From the NCBI GenBank assembly GCA_020696385.1, contig JAEHCQ010000005.1:27336-91335 (forward strand): a stretch of 64,000 bases of DNA, written 5' to 3'. Below are positions 9,148 through 19,600 of the stretch, one piece after another; position 1 is the first letter of the stretch; every line of letters begins with the position of its first letter. This DNA is from Methanobacteriota archaeon (GTDB lineage: Archaea > Thermoplasmatota > Thermoplasmata > SG8-5 > JAGLSY01). Under the pieces are notes generated by a model that was given only the letters and a program-made list of their open reading frames with translations, was not told where the DNA came from and ran no database searches. Made by a program: the position numbers and the translations under genes.

Positions 9148-10464
9148 CTACTCATATCTCTCGATGAACTTGATACCTATGGTCTCGAGTTCATCCATGC
9201 ACGGCTCGTAGATGTTCTTCGTAACAGGAACATGAACACCAGGTTCTGTTATCTTTCCCTTTAAGATCATCTTCACACCAATCGCTGCAGGCAGTCCAAC
9301 AGTCCTCGCAATGGATGTGTCGCCATCAGGAATACCAAAGTCAAGGAAAGTGGAGGTTATCCTCTGCTTCTCGCCATCTGCCTTCACGGTGAGGAACTCG
9401 TGGAACATTACGATCATGTCTCTCTCTCCATCTCCAAGCTCCATCCTATCGAGTGATATGACATTGAGATGGTCGATCGGTGTATTTGCTCCATTTGGCA
9501 ATGGCCTGTCACTGAAAAGACCAAGCCATTTCATCCTCTTAATAGCGGTCGCATATGGTGTCAATCCAAGGAATTTAGCAGTTGCAGCCTCTGCGTCTGC
9601 ATCTGTTGAACCGATCAGATGGCGGGTGACATCAGCGTATGTTGAGCCATTGAGGCCAGTCAGCTCATCCTCTCCAAGCCAACCAAGGGCCATGACATTG
9701 CGCATTGTCTCGCACCATCCAGTCATACGGAATGTACCTCTGTAAACGGTCTCCGCGTCCCTGAGACCGTATATCTCCTTGTATGGTACGGAATCTCTGT
9801 TAGGGTAGTTCTCGAAAGCCCCCACGCCAGGGACATCGATGATATCATAATTCTCGAACAATTGCTCACCAGGATACTTCCGGACTTGGCCATTCTCCAG
9901 CCACTGGGAGGCATTCTTCGATGCGAGCAGAACTCCTCTGGGCGCCCATGAGAACTTGTAGCCAAATGGATTATTATTGGCCTCAAATGCCTGAAGCGCG
10001 CCTGTTGTGGATCTGAAGGATAATATCTTTCCGCCATTTTCCTGCACTTCATTGATTATCTTCATTGCGGACATGTGATCGATACCGGGGTCCAGTCCGA
10101 TCTCATTGAGAATTACAACGCCAGCTGCTTTTGCTTCTGCATCCAGTGCCTTCATCTCCGCGCTAACGTAGGATGTGGTGACCATGTGCTTCTTGTGTTT
10201 GATGCACAATTTGGCGACCTTGACATGGAAGACATATGGAAGAAGGCTGACAGAGACATCGTGCTTCGCAACCTGCTCTTCCAGGAGCTCGTCCTGGTCA
10301 GCAGTAAGAGCCATAGGGGTTCCATCTGGATGACCCGCGATTATCCTCTCGGCCTTGCTCACGGTCCTGCTTGCAACAGTTACCGTAACATTCTCTTGAT
10401 CCAATAAATACCTTACAAGGGGCGGGGCCACGGAGCCTGCTCCCAATACCAATACAGATGCCAT
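9148..10464 (-). CDS. Saccharopine dehydrogenase (glutamate-forming, SDH/Lys9-like)
   Basis: VLVLGAG, VSLLPY.FH, VTTSYVS, NEIGLDPGIDHM, NPFGYKFSWAPRG, YPNRDS..Y, RTVGLPAAI. Confidence 0.92.
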   Translation of the reverse strand: MASVLVLGAGSVAPPLVRYLLDQENVTVTVASRTVSKAERIIAGHPDGTPMALTADQDELLEEQVAKHDVSVSLLPYVFHVKVAKLCIKHKKHMVTTSYVSAEMKALDAEAKAAGVVILNEIGLDPGIDHMSAMKIINEVQENGGKILSFRSTTGALQAFEANNNPFGYKFSWAPRGVLLASKNASQWLENGQVRKYPGEQLFENYDIIDVPGVGAFENYPNRDSVPYKEIYGLRDAETVYRGTFRMTGWCETMRNVMALGWLGEDELTGLNGSTYADVTRHLIGSTDADAEAATAKFLGLTPYATAIKRMKWLGLFSDRPLPNGANTPIDHLNVISLDRMELGDGERDMIVMFHEFLTVKADGEKQRITSTFLDFGIPDGDTSIARTVGLPAAIGVKMILKGKITEPGVHVPVTKNIYEPCMDELETIGIKFIERYE

Positions 10465-10588
10465 TTATTCACCTCATTCGCGGCTCTCATCAAGGAGAAC
10501 CGTATTGAGAAGGGATGATAGATTCAGGCTACAAATATGTATCTATATAGTAGTGACATATAAGGAAAAAAAGTGCCATTAATAGATA

Positions 10589-11035
10589 TCATAAAGATAC
10601 AATATTGTCATAGAATTCATTGTATGAGGACATGGTCAATTTGGCAAAAGGATCACAGGACCTGTAATTGTTCAGGAAGTCATTTACAATGTCCTCGGCA
10701 GTGGTCTCGGAGACCGTCAGGATCTGGTCTCCGTTCTTAAGCTCCTGCTTCTTCGTTACCATATCACCATTTCTAAGATACTGGCTTATTGAATACAGGA
10801 TGGTTTTATTGTCATCCATAACAAGCTCGTATTTCAGTTCGAGCTTGTTCTCATTGGATGATATGGTAATGGATGCCTGGCTCTCCGTTATATTTGTGAT
10901 GATCAATTTATCATGCCTCTCTAGCTCTTCCTTTAGGTCATTGAAGGCGAGGCTGGCTATCTCCAGGAAATAACTTTGCTCAATTTCCAGGGACTGCTTG
11001 GCGGAATAACTCATCAAAGCATTATTGATTTTCAA
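10589..11035 (-). CDS. Hypothetical protein
   Basis: 148-aa ORF co-oriented between LKR and SDH; no motif recognised. Confidence 0.55.
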   Translation of the reverse strand: MKINNALMSYSAKQSLEIEQSYFLEIASLAFNDLKEELERHDKLIITNITESQASITISSNENKLELKYELVMDDNKTILYSISQYLRNGDMVTKKQELKNGDQILTVSETTAEDIVNDFLNNYRSCDPFAKLTMSSYNEFYDNIVSL

Positions 11036-11055
11036 TTTAATTAATGTTTCGAGTT

Positions 11056-11145
11056 AAGAGGCAATATCATATGGATATCCTCAGGCTCCAGCTCGAAGAG
11101 ATCTCGCTCCAGTCTATCTGTCTCGGGAGCGATATCTCGCCTCTT
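11056..11145. repeat. Nested inverted repeats in the LKR downstream spacer
   Basis: GAGATCTCGCTCC (11098-11110) / GGAGCGATATCTC (11126-11138), enclosed by AAGAGGC/GCCTCTT. Confidence 0.6.
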
Positions 11146-11167
11146 GCCAGTTTGCGAAATTCTATGC

Positions 11168-12469
11168 TCAAAGAAATTCCTGGATATATTCGAAGTCCGG
11201 TGTCAACTTGCCCTGGTGGGTGATGGTCGCCCTTTTAAGCTCAGGTGGCAAGTTCAGTGAATTGAAATCCTTCTTGAAATCCGTAGCAACGATGGCTTTC
11301 ATGAATGGCATCATCTGGCCTCCGAAAAATGTGGATGATTCTCGCGGTAGTTCTGATGGTAAGGTATCGACAGACATGACCACTGGCCCTTCGCCTTCAC
11401 AGCCGTAGACCATCTCATCTGTTTCCGGGAGATAGACATAGCATGGAGTTCCTGGCTCGGTTGCTTCCAATGTGCACTCGACAGATCCCTCGACATCACA
11501 TGTGATATCGCCAAATACCTTCATCTTGGAATCCATTGTCCAGTTATCCTTTATCCATTCCTTTGTGACAAGAATTGGATAATCCGGGGTCCAGTAGATG
11601 CAGTTGACCAGCATACTAAGATTGTCCATATATTGATTGAACATTCCCTTGTACTTTCCAGGGTTATTGAAATAATCATGAAGCTCGAATTGATGATCCA
11701 GGTCTATGGGCTCGAACATATCCTTCTCGTAAAATACTACTTTATAAACTATCTTATTTGAGTATTCTCCAGATTCAATGAAAGCTGCCAGTTCTCCTGG
11801 CTGTATCTCTTTTGTTGGCAGGATGTCCAATATTTCCTGCGCTCCCCTGGAAACATTTCCATAGCCCGCAAAACCAACGACCAATGGGCCAACAGCATCT
11901 GGCAAGCCCTCTGTCTCGATCCATTTACCAACAACTTCCAGGGCAGTCGTTGCCTCATCCAGGCTATTGTATTCCAATGGTCTCTTGAGACCCAGCATGG
12001 GTGTGGTCACACCTTCCCATTTCAGTCTCCTTCCATATGTGTAAAGGGTCTCGATCATGCCAGCCAATCCGGCATAATTGCCGAAGAATACCAGTCTCTG
12101 ATTCTTATCATTGGTCACCCTCTCATAGTCAAGAAGAGTGCCATTGGAATCCAGTATCTTCTGGAGCATGGCCATATTGTAGCTCTGCCCCTTGATCGTG
12201 TGAGAGAAGAAGATGTAAGCCTGATCGTCCACCAGAGCCGGAATGGGGAATTCCTTCACACCCAGCACGAAATCACATCCAGAAAGATCTTCCTGAACAG
12301 TCGCTCCTGCTTCTGTGTATTCCTCATTCTTGAATATTCTTATATCTGATGGCTGGACAATTATCTCCACGCCTTGCTGAACAAGTTCCTTCACATGCCC
12401 CGGTATTAGTGGAACTCTGCGCTCCCATTCGTTCTTGTCCTCTCTTCTTATTCCTATCACGTTAGTCAT
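11168..12469 (-). CDS. Lysine-2-oxoglutarate reductase-like protein (AlaDH/PNT fold; AASS N-terminal half)
   Basis: IGIRREDKNEWERRVPLIP, FFSHTIKGQSYNM, LLDYE, GYGNVSRGA, LVNCIYW, DITCD, SVDTLPSELP. Confidence 0.88.
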   Translation of the reverse strand: MTNVIGIRREDKNEWERRVPLIPGHVKELVQQGVEIIVQPSDIRIFKNEEYTEAGATVQEDLSGCDFVLGVKEFPIPALVDDQAYIFFSHTIKGQSYNMAMLQKILDSNGTLLDYERVTNDKNQRLVFFGNYAGLAGMIETLYTYGRRLKWEGVTTPMLGLKRPLEYNSLDEATTALEVVGKWIETEGLPDAVGPLVVGFAGYGNVSRGAQEILDILPTKEIQPGELAAFIESGEYSNKIVYKVVFYEKDMFEPIDLDHQFELHDYFNNPGKYKGMFNQYMDNLSMLVNCIYWTPDYPILVTKEWIKDNWTMDSKMKVFGDITCDVEGSVECTLEATEPGTPCYVYLPETDEMVYGCEGEGPVVMSVDTLPSELPRESSTFFGGQMMPFMKAIVATDFKKDFNSLNLPPELKRATITHQGKLTPDFEYIQEFL

Positions 12470-12684
12470 GGCAAAACCTCGATGGAGAGGGGATGACCGT
12501 TATAGATAAAAACTTAATGCCAATATTTTTTTATTTATATTATCGGGATTCATTATCGTTAATACACTGGCTCATAAAAAACGATGGCATAATGTAATTA
12601 TTGTCATGTAAAATCTAACACAATCGCATTTCGCGTAATAACCTATATCTATCTGGATAATGAATATAGTATAGAGGATAATTC

Positions 12685-13203
12685 ATGGAATGTCGTGGAT
12701 CTGTTATTTTGGGCTATTTCAAATACATAAAAAAGACATGGGGTCAGCTTGGCGAAGATGAATGTGCTAAAGCTGTTGGCCTGGGTCCTGGCAAGGTCAA
12801 AGAAGCCATATGGTATGATATACGATACAGTGAGAACATACTGGAATGGATATACAAGAACAAAGGTGAAGAAGCGGTTGTCAACTGCGGCACATACACC
12901 GTGAAGGATCTAGGGTTCCTATCATACATTGTCAGATTTGCCAATGTGAAAAAGATAATAGGGCGCGCATCGGAAAGCCATAAGGATGCTTTCAAAGGTG
13001 ATGGCTCCCTCAAGGTGGACATTAAGGACAATAGCGCACTGATAACAATGAAGAACACTGCGATAAGCAAATATTCCTGCCTGGCCTGGAGAGGATGTTT
13101 TATCGGCGCACTGGAGATGACGAACACAACCGGCACTGTAATAGAAAAGCAGTGCCAGCTAAAAGATGCGGACCATTGCGAATTTATTATGGAATGGTCC
13201 TAG
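12685..13203 (+). CDS. V4R-domain protein
   Basis: C-terminal GALEM...VIEKQCQLKDADHCEFIMEW typical of V4R domains. Confidence 0.7.
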   Translation: MECRGSVILGYFKYIKKTWGQLGEDECAKAVGLGPGKVKEAIWYDIRYSENILEWIYKNKGEEAVVNCGTYTVKDLGFLSYIVRFANVKKIIGRASESHKDAFKGDGSLKVDIKDNSALITMKNTAISKYSCLAWRGCFIGALEMTNTTGTVIEKQCQLKDADHCEFIMEWS

Positions 13204-13389
13204 CCACTGCAAATTTGTCATAGAGTGGGTCTGACCATTGCGAATTTATTATGGAATGGTCCTAGCCACTGCAAATTTGTCATAGAGTGGGTCTGACCAT
13301 TGCGAATTTATTATGGAATGGTCCTAGCCACTGCAAATTTGTCATAGAGTGGGTCTGACCATTGCGAATTTATTATGGAATGGTCCTAA
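13173..13389 (+). repeat. Tandem array of seven 31-bp units alternating A-B-A-B-A-B-A (62-bp period)
   Basis: A = ccattgcgaatttattatggaatggtcctag (the V4R gene end); B = ccactgcaaatttgtcatagagtgggtctga; 21/31 identical. Confidence 0.95.
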
Positions 13390-13433
13390 AAAGCCAAACA
13401 AATTAATTTTATACACTACCACCATCCCGTCCC

Positions 13434-13529
13434 ATGAATGTAATTGACCTTGTAGCCGAGCTTGTTTCTATACCCAGAGCACACCCACTTTTTTCTTTTA
13501 AACCTCGCTGTGCTGGATCGGGCTCCTAA
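13434..13529 (+). pseudogene. Truncated 5' fragment of the M20 peptidase (MNVIDLVAELVSIP then 17 unrelated codons)
   Basis: First 14 codons identical to the intact gene; stop at 13527-13529. Confidence 0.75.
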
Positions 13530-13680
13530 ATCAAGCCCATTTCATGTGCTTGATAAAATAGATGCGTGGACTTTGTCCACATCTAAAAAAGAAAAAAGAC
13601 GGACAAATTAAATCAAGCCAGCTGACTTGATCAAAATAAATGCGTGGGTTCAGTAGGTGAAGTCGCATTTAAAAAGAAAG
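13527..13680. mobile_element. Two tandem copies of a double-hairpin dispersed module (third copy at 31476-31568, opposite strand); mobility inferred
   Basis: AATCAA(G/A)C..loop..(G)(C/T)TTGAT-AAAA(T/A)A(G/A)ATGCGTGG..loop..C(GC)AT(C/T)TAAAAA. Confidence 0.6.
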
Positions 13681-13775
13681 TCGCCCGACCCTGCTCACTC
13701 GGTATTGATTGAACCGTAGATTAGTAAATGAGTAAATAAGCAAAATAATTCTATATCCTAGTGCTATTCAACCCC

Positions 13776-14852
13776 ATGAATGTAATTGACCTTGTAGCCG
13801 AGCTTGTTTCTATACCCAGTACACTTGGAAAGACCACGGATATCGAGAACTTCGTGGCTGGCCAGTTATCCGCAATTATCGATACAGAGTTCATCGAGGT
13901 CCCGGGCAAGGGCAGGTGCGTGCTTGCCCGTTCTATCGCGGATGATAAAAAGCCGACCATAATCTTCAATGGGCATCTGGATACTGTCGAGGTGTGCAAT
14001 GGGTGGACAAAGGATCCCTTCAAGCCAGTGATCGAAGGCGATAAGATGTTCGGCCTAGGAACCGCTGACATGAAAGGCGGAGTGGCAGTTGCCATGCTGG
14101 CATTTCAAGAAGCTGTAAGAAGAGGCATCAATGCGATATTTGTCGGGACCATTGATGAGGAAGGAGATTCGGCGGGTGGCTTTGCTATCAAGGATCTGGG
14201 ACTAAAAGCAGATCTGTGCCTGATAACAGAACCCAGCAATGAGAAGATAATGCAGGGCTGTCGCGGCAGGTACGTGGTGGATGTGAACGTGAGCGGAAAG
14301 AGCGCTCACGGAGCTGTGCCCGAGAAAGGGGTCAATGCGATCACAGAGGCTGGCCGCCTGCTCTCCAGATTGGATGAGTTACCCCTAATTCATCATGATG
14401 TTCTGGGAAAGGGTTCCGTATGCCCACTCAGCGTGGGTGGAGGAACCACCACATTATCGGTTCCGGAAGAATGCCGCATTGTCATCGACAGGCATGTTGT
14501 CCCAGGCGAGACAAAGGAAAGTGTGATGCAGGACATACGCAACCTGGCTGGGAAGATAGACAGCCAGGCGACATTCGATGTGGCACTGAACCAGGAAAGA
14601 CCCACACCTTTCCTGGAGCCATATATCACGCAGGATGATGAATTGACGCGCCGATTCATCAGCACAGTCAAAGGCGATATCGCCTACGGGAAGTCAGTAG
14701 GCGATTACAATATATTTGCCACCATGTGCCCCACGATAGTCCATGGGCCAGTAGGGGAGAATTGGCATTCACCAGATGAGTGGGTGTCTATTTCTTCAAT
14801 AGAAAGATGTCTGGAGAACTACATGAGATTCCTTGATGCTTTCAAGGTCTAA
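13776..14852 (+). CDS. M20 family metallopeptidase/deacylase (ArgE/DapE-like)
   Basis: FNGHLDTV, GLGTADMKGG, DEEG, ITEPS, GKSAHGA, HSPDEWV. Confidence 0.92.
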   Translation: MNVIDLVAELVSIPSTLGKTTDIENFVAGQLSAIIDTEFIEVPGKGRCVLARSIADDKKPTIIFNGHLDTVEVCNGWTKDPFKPVIEGDKMFGLGTADMKGGVAVAMLAFQEAVRRGINAIFVGTIDEEGDSAGGFAIKDLGLKADLCLITEPSNEKIMQGCRGRYVVDVNVSGKSAHGAVPEKGVNAITEAGRLLSRLDELPLIHHDVLGKGSVCPLSVGGGTTTLSVPEECRIVIDRHVVPGETKESVMQDIRNLAGKIDSQATFDVALNQERPTPFLEPYITQDDELTRRFISTVKGDIAYGKSVGDYNIFATMCPTIVHGPVGENWHSPDEWVSISSIERCLENYMRFLDAFKV

Positions 14853-15004
14853 TATCTCACATTAATCGTATATCACCATAGACTAACATATGGCTAACAT
14901 ATGATAGAATTTACCTATATATCATATATATGAAGATATATTCAATATATTAAGTAGATACATTTATCTATTAATTGTCATTCAACCACCAGATAGGTGC
15001 TAAT

Positions 15005-15238
15005 ATGAAAGCGTTCAAAGCAACCGGAACCTTCCTTATGGGCAGAGACACTCAACCATTCAGTAAAGAGGTCGCTGCCAAAGACAAGGAAGATGCAGAG
15101 GAACAGGTATACTCGATCATGGGAAGCAAGCATGGTGTCAAGAGGTTCAGGATCGATATAGATAAGATCGTACCCCTGAAGCAAGAGGACATCACGGATT
15201 CCGTGATAGCTTACAAGACAAGCAAGGGTGAACAATGA
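15005..15238 (+). CDS. rpl18a: 50S ribosomal protein L18ae (LX)
   Basis: FSKEV.A....A.EQVYSIMGSKH.VKR..I.I; conserved position before pfdA-ftsY. Confidence 0.92.
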   Translation: MKAFKATGTFLMGRDTQPFSKEVAAKDKEDAEEQVYSIMGSKHGVKRFRIDIDKIVPLKQEDITDSVIAYKTSKGEQ

Positions 15239-15654
15239 ATGAAGAAGAGATCCAGCAGGCCAGTGCTCAATTAGAGAGCTACAGGGGCCAAATGGAACAA
15301 ATGAAGCAGCAGAACGAGCTTCTCAAGAACCTCAATGATGAGTACATGAGAGCACGTGACACCCTTCTGGACCTCAGCAAGAGATCGCCTGATGACGAGA
15401 TACTGGTACCCATTGGCGGCAATTATTTTATCTTCGCCAAGGTGGATAAACCCGATAAGGCCATTGGAAGCCTGGGAATGAACCTGGCCGCAGAAGAGAG
15501 CACGGAAAAAGCAGTCGAGAGACTGGACAAGAGGATAGCCGAGCTCAGTGATGCGGGAACCAAGATGGCCCAGTCAATGCAGGATATGGATGCCAGGTCC
15601 ACGGAGCTTACCAATAAGCTCCAGGAAGAATACGCCAAGGGCAATGTACAGTAA
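15235..15654 (+). CDS. pfdA: Prefoldin subunit alpha
   Basis: Coiled coils flanking ILVPIGGNYF..K......IGSLG. Confidence 0.92.
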   Translation: MNEEEIQQASAQLESYRGQMEQMKQQNELLKNLNDEYMRARDTLLDLSKRSPDDEILVPIGGNYFIFAKVDKPDKAIGSLGMNLAAEESTEKAVERLDKRIAELSDAGTKMAQSMQDMDARSTELTNKLQEEYAKGNVQ

Positions 15655-15668
15655 GCTTGGTATTTGCC

Positions 15669-16598
15669 ATGTTCAAATTCCTTAAGGATAAGCTGGAAGG
15701 GTTCAAAAAACAGACAAAGGAAGAATTCTCAGCAGAGGCTATATCGGAAGATGACGGCAAGCGCATAAAAGAAAGCAAGCTGGACGATATACTCTGGGAT
15801 CTGGAAGTGGGGCTTCTTGAATCTGATGTGGCTATCGAGGTCATTGAGGAGCTCAAGGAGAACCTGAAGGTGGATCTCATCAATAAGCGAGTGAAAAGAG
15901 GTTCTGATTTTGAAAAGTCTATCAATGAAAGTCTGAAAGCCTCGCTCACCAAGATACTGGACACCGAGACAATTGATTTTGATGAGTTCATCAACACCCA
16001 TGAAAAACCAGTTACATTGATGTTCGTCGGAGTGAACGGAACTGGTAAGACCACTTCCATTGCAAGGATCGCCCACAGACTGAAGAAACAGGGGAAATCC
16101 TGTGTACTGGCAGCGGCCGACACATTCAGAGCTGGGGCCATAGAGCAATTGACAATTCATTCGGAAAATCTGGGATTCAAGATAATAAAACATCAATCGG
16201 GTGGAGACCCGGCTGCGGTTGCCTATGATGCAGTTGCGCATGCCAAGGCCAGGTTCCGGGATGTCGTTCTCATAGACACGGCCGGCAGGATGCAGACGAA
16301 CTCCAACCTGATGGATGAGATGAAAAAGATCAATAGGGTTGTCGAGCCAGACATGGTGATATTCGTTGGTGACTCACTAGCAGGAAATGACGCAGTGGAG
16401 CAGGCCAGGAAGTTCGAAGAGGCTATCGGATTGGATGCGGCCATACTTACGAAAATAGATGCGGACGCGAAGGGCGGAGCTGCATTATCGATCGCACATG
16501 CGGTTGGCAAGCCAATAATATTCGTGGGAACTGGCCAGGAATATGAGGACCTGGAAAAGTTCGATGCTCAATGGATGATCGATAAGATCTTTGGATAG
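15669..16598 (+). CDS. ftsY: SRP receptor FtsY
   Basis: GVNGTGKTTSIARIA, AAADTFRAGAIEQL, DTAGRMQT, TKIDADAKGG. Confidence 0.97.
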   Translation: MFKFLKDKLEGFKKQTKEEFSAEAISEDDGKRIKESKLDDILWDLEVGLLESDVAIEVIEELKENLKVDLINKRVKRGSDFEKSINESLKASLTKILDTETIDFDEFINTHEKPVTLMFVGVNGTGKTTSIARIAHRLKKQGKSCVLAAADTFRAGAIEQLTIHSENLGFKIIKHQSGGDPAAVAYDAVAHAKARFRDVVLIDTAGRMQTNSNLMDEMKKINRVVEPDMVIFVGDSLAGNDAVEQARKFEEAIGLDAAILTKIDADAKGGAALSIAHAVGKPIIFVGTGQEYEDLEKFDAQWMIDKIFG

Positions 16599-16601
16599 AT
16601 C

Positions 16602-19600
16602 TTAATTTTTAAATTTCTTAATGTTTATAAGATACATTTCCTCAGTCAAATTACCATCTTTGTAAGCCATCTCTATTTTATCTATGATCTCTTGATTAGG
16701 ATGAGGTGGCTCAGGCTCAATTGCCAGATCATCAGCACAGATCGGGCATTGTAGGCCTGGATCGATCAGGAAACCACAAACTGGGCAGATATTTTCGACC
16801 TCAGTTGCTTGTTCTTCGTATAGATCATCTTCAGATGATACATCTTCATCAAATGAGGCGTCATCTTCGACAGGTCCATCATCTTTATTTTTACGAACAA
16901 ATAGGAATGCCAGGAACAATAATATAATGAGCCAGATCAACATCCCGATGTATATCATCGGGTCTTGGTCCTTTGACACATATTCCTCTACCCCATCTTC
17001 TGTTTCATCCAGGGGAGCAGGGTCAAATTCATCGAGTACTCCGTCATTGTCATCATCAGTGTCTTCATTGTTACCAATGCCATCCCCATCAGTATCTATT
17101 GATTCATCAGCATCAAATGGGAAAACATCATCAATATCTGGAACTCCATCATTGTCATCATCAGGGTCATCCACATCAAGTATACCATCTCGATCATTAT
17201 CTCCATGAACAACAATGATCTCAATTGTCGAGTTTATATTACCGGAATAATCTTCGACCGTGAAAGTGATACGATAAGTTCCAGGGTCTTCAAAGATATA
17301 TGATATATCATTTTGATAATTATCCAGATGACCTGGATAATCAATTGACCAATAACTATTTGCAATTCCAATATTGTCTGTTGAATTTGATCCCCAGAGA
17401 TATGTTGTTTCTCCTTCGATCGTCTCTCTAGGAACATTAATGTCAATATTTGGCTTGGTTGTATCAACTACAAAAAATAGATCTGCATTCATCGGAGGGG
17501 ATTCTTGATTGCCAGATATATCCTCTGCGATAGAATAGAATTGATACCAACCATCATTTGGTGCATTGGCCTCAACATCATAATAATATGAAGGCGTATA
17601 GTTCCATTTTGCATATGTGAAATTATTATGCTCATATTTCCAGTCAGACCAGGTTATATTATCCGCACTGTACCTTGACCATAGGCTTATGCTCTCATAA
17701 TAATAATGTACGGCATAAGAATAATTGATATTGACCATTGTGTTCTGCAAACCACTTGTTGAATCAGTAGCACTCCAAGAAAAATATAGATCCCCAAGAT
17801 CATGCCAGAAATCTTCTTGAAAGGATAGCTTAGACACAGGATCTGAAGTATCAATACAAAGAGATATGGGTGGTTCAGAAGGGGATTCTTCATAATTCCC
17901 TACTACATCACGTGCTACAGAATATAATTGATAGAAGCCATCATTACTTGGCATTTTAAAAGACCAACTACCATTATTTTCCTCCGCATACCTATGTGAA
18001 AAATAATCAGTCCATGTTAGATTGTCAGAGCTACGCCTATAATAAATATTAATTTGATCCAATCCAGTCAAATTATCATGAGCATCGATTGATAGATTAA
18101 ATGAACCATTGTTATGATAATATGGTACAGGAATTATCTCTGAGCTTGGATTCAGGGTATCACGAATAGTCTTTGTCTCTGAACTATTTTTACATATCTC
18201 AAAATTCCCATAATTGTCCTCAGATAAAGAATAGAACTCATAATATCCATCACCTTCAGGGAAGTCAAAAAGCCAATTCCATTGTGAGATAGAATCCTCA
18301 TTATATTGTTTCCAGGGAGTCCATGTAATATTAAATGAGCTATGGCGATACCATAATGTAACATTCTTAAGGCCAAATCCATCCAGATCCTCTGCGGTAG
18401 AATTTATAAGTTCAGACTGAGAGTTAATATATCTGGGAATCGATCGTAAAGATGATGTTGGTTTGATATGATCGTGAACTGGGTTCATCAGTGAATAATT
18501 ATCACTACTAAATGCGGGATAAGAATCGATATCATATCCCGAATCACCGAATCCATCTGAACCGGATATATTCTGACCCGGACCAGACATCAGATCTAAG
18601 CCATCATAGTCCGACCAGTAATTTCCCCCGATCGGGTATATGTTATTCCAATAATTTGTTGAATAATAATCATAGGCACCATAATTATTATCTAAAAATG
18701 AATTATGATAGACCATGTTCCAATCTGAATGAGAGAACATTAAGCCTCGAAAGTTATTCCATATTGTATTGTTGATTATAAAATTATTAAAACAATCATA
18801 TAAATATATCCCATAATATCCATAATTATATGGATACCCATTCCCATGTATCAAATTATTAGATATGGATGAATTTCTCGTACTTTCCATGCATATCCCA
18901 TAATATTCATTTTCTATCGTATTGTTTTGTATTGTAATATTATTCGAATAACCAGCTAATATCCCACAGGATCCATCCATTAATGTGAAGTTCTGAATGA
19001 TCGAATCTGAACAATTCGCTAAAATGATCTGACCTGCATCAGATGGTATATTAACATCAGTTTGGTTTTTAAGATAATATATTGGCAACCCATTGATAGT
19101 ATTATTGATGAATGAATGAGTATTCCAATCCAATATAATATCATTATACCAGTATCTAATCATGATTCCAGTATTTATCAGAACATTGTCTTGGATCAGT
19201 ATATATTTATTGCCGCGGATACCTATACCGACATCATAGTTATCTATTGAATTATTTATTATACTATTATTATTCCCCGGTTTCATAGTGATTCCAGTAT
19301 CCCTTGTTCCAGAAAAGATATTGTTCTGTATTATGTTTCTATCACCCTGGCCTTCGATGGAGGTTTCCATAAAAAGGTTATTTTCAATTACATTATCATT
19401 ACCAGTGAATGAGACACCTCGATAACTATTATGAGCGATCTGGTTATTTACCACAGTATTATTATTCCCAGTAATAATCACTGCGTCCTCTTGATCATAG
19501 AGCTTATTATCAAATATCATAAAATTATCTGAGTTGAAAAGTTGAATTCCATTGGAACAATTCTCAATTACAATATCATTGATCTGACCATTTGTACAGA

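Larger units (their letters stand above)
13431..13819 (+). repeat. 47-bp exact direct repeat of the M20 gene start (13431-13477 and 13773-13819) flanking a 295-bp structured insert
   Basis: cccatgaatgtaattgaccttgtagccgagcttgtttctatacccag occurs twice, 342 bp apart. Confidence 0.93.

Noticed and set aside
13173-13234. Diversity-generating retroelement VR/TR pair
   Set aside because: A/B differences are not adenine-specific on either strand, the units are too short, and there is no reverse transcriptase.
13171-13389. CRISPR array (32-bp repeat with 30-bp spacers)
   Set aside because: The spacers are identical to each other and homologous to the repeat, the repeat is the end of a CDS, and there are no cas genes.
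17030-17170. catc/gtcatc repeats on the plus strand
   Set aside because: Encode the TSP3-like Asp-rich repeats of the minus-strand surface protein.
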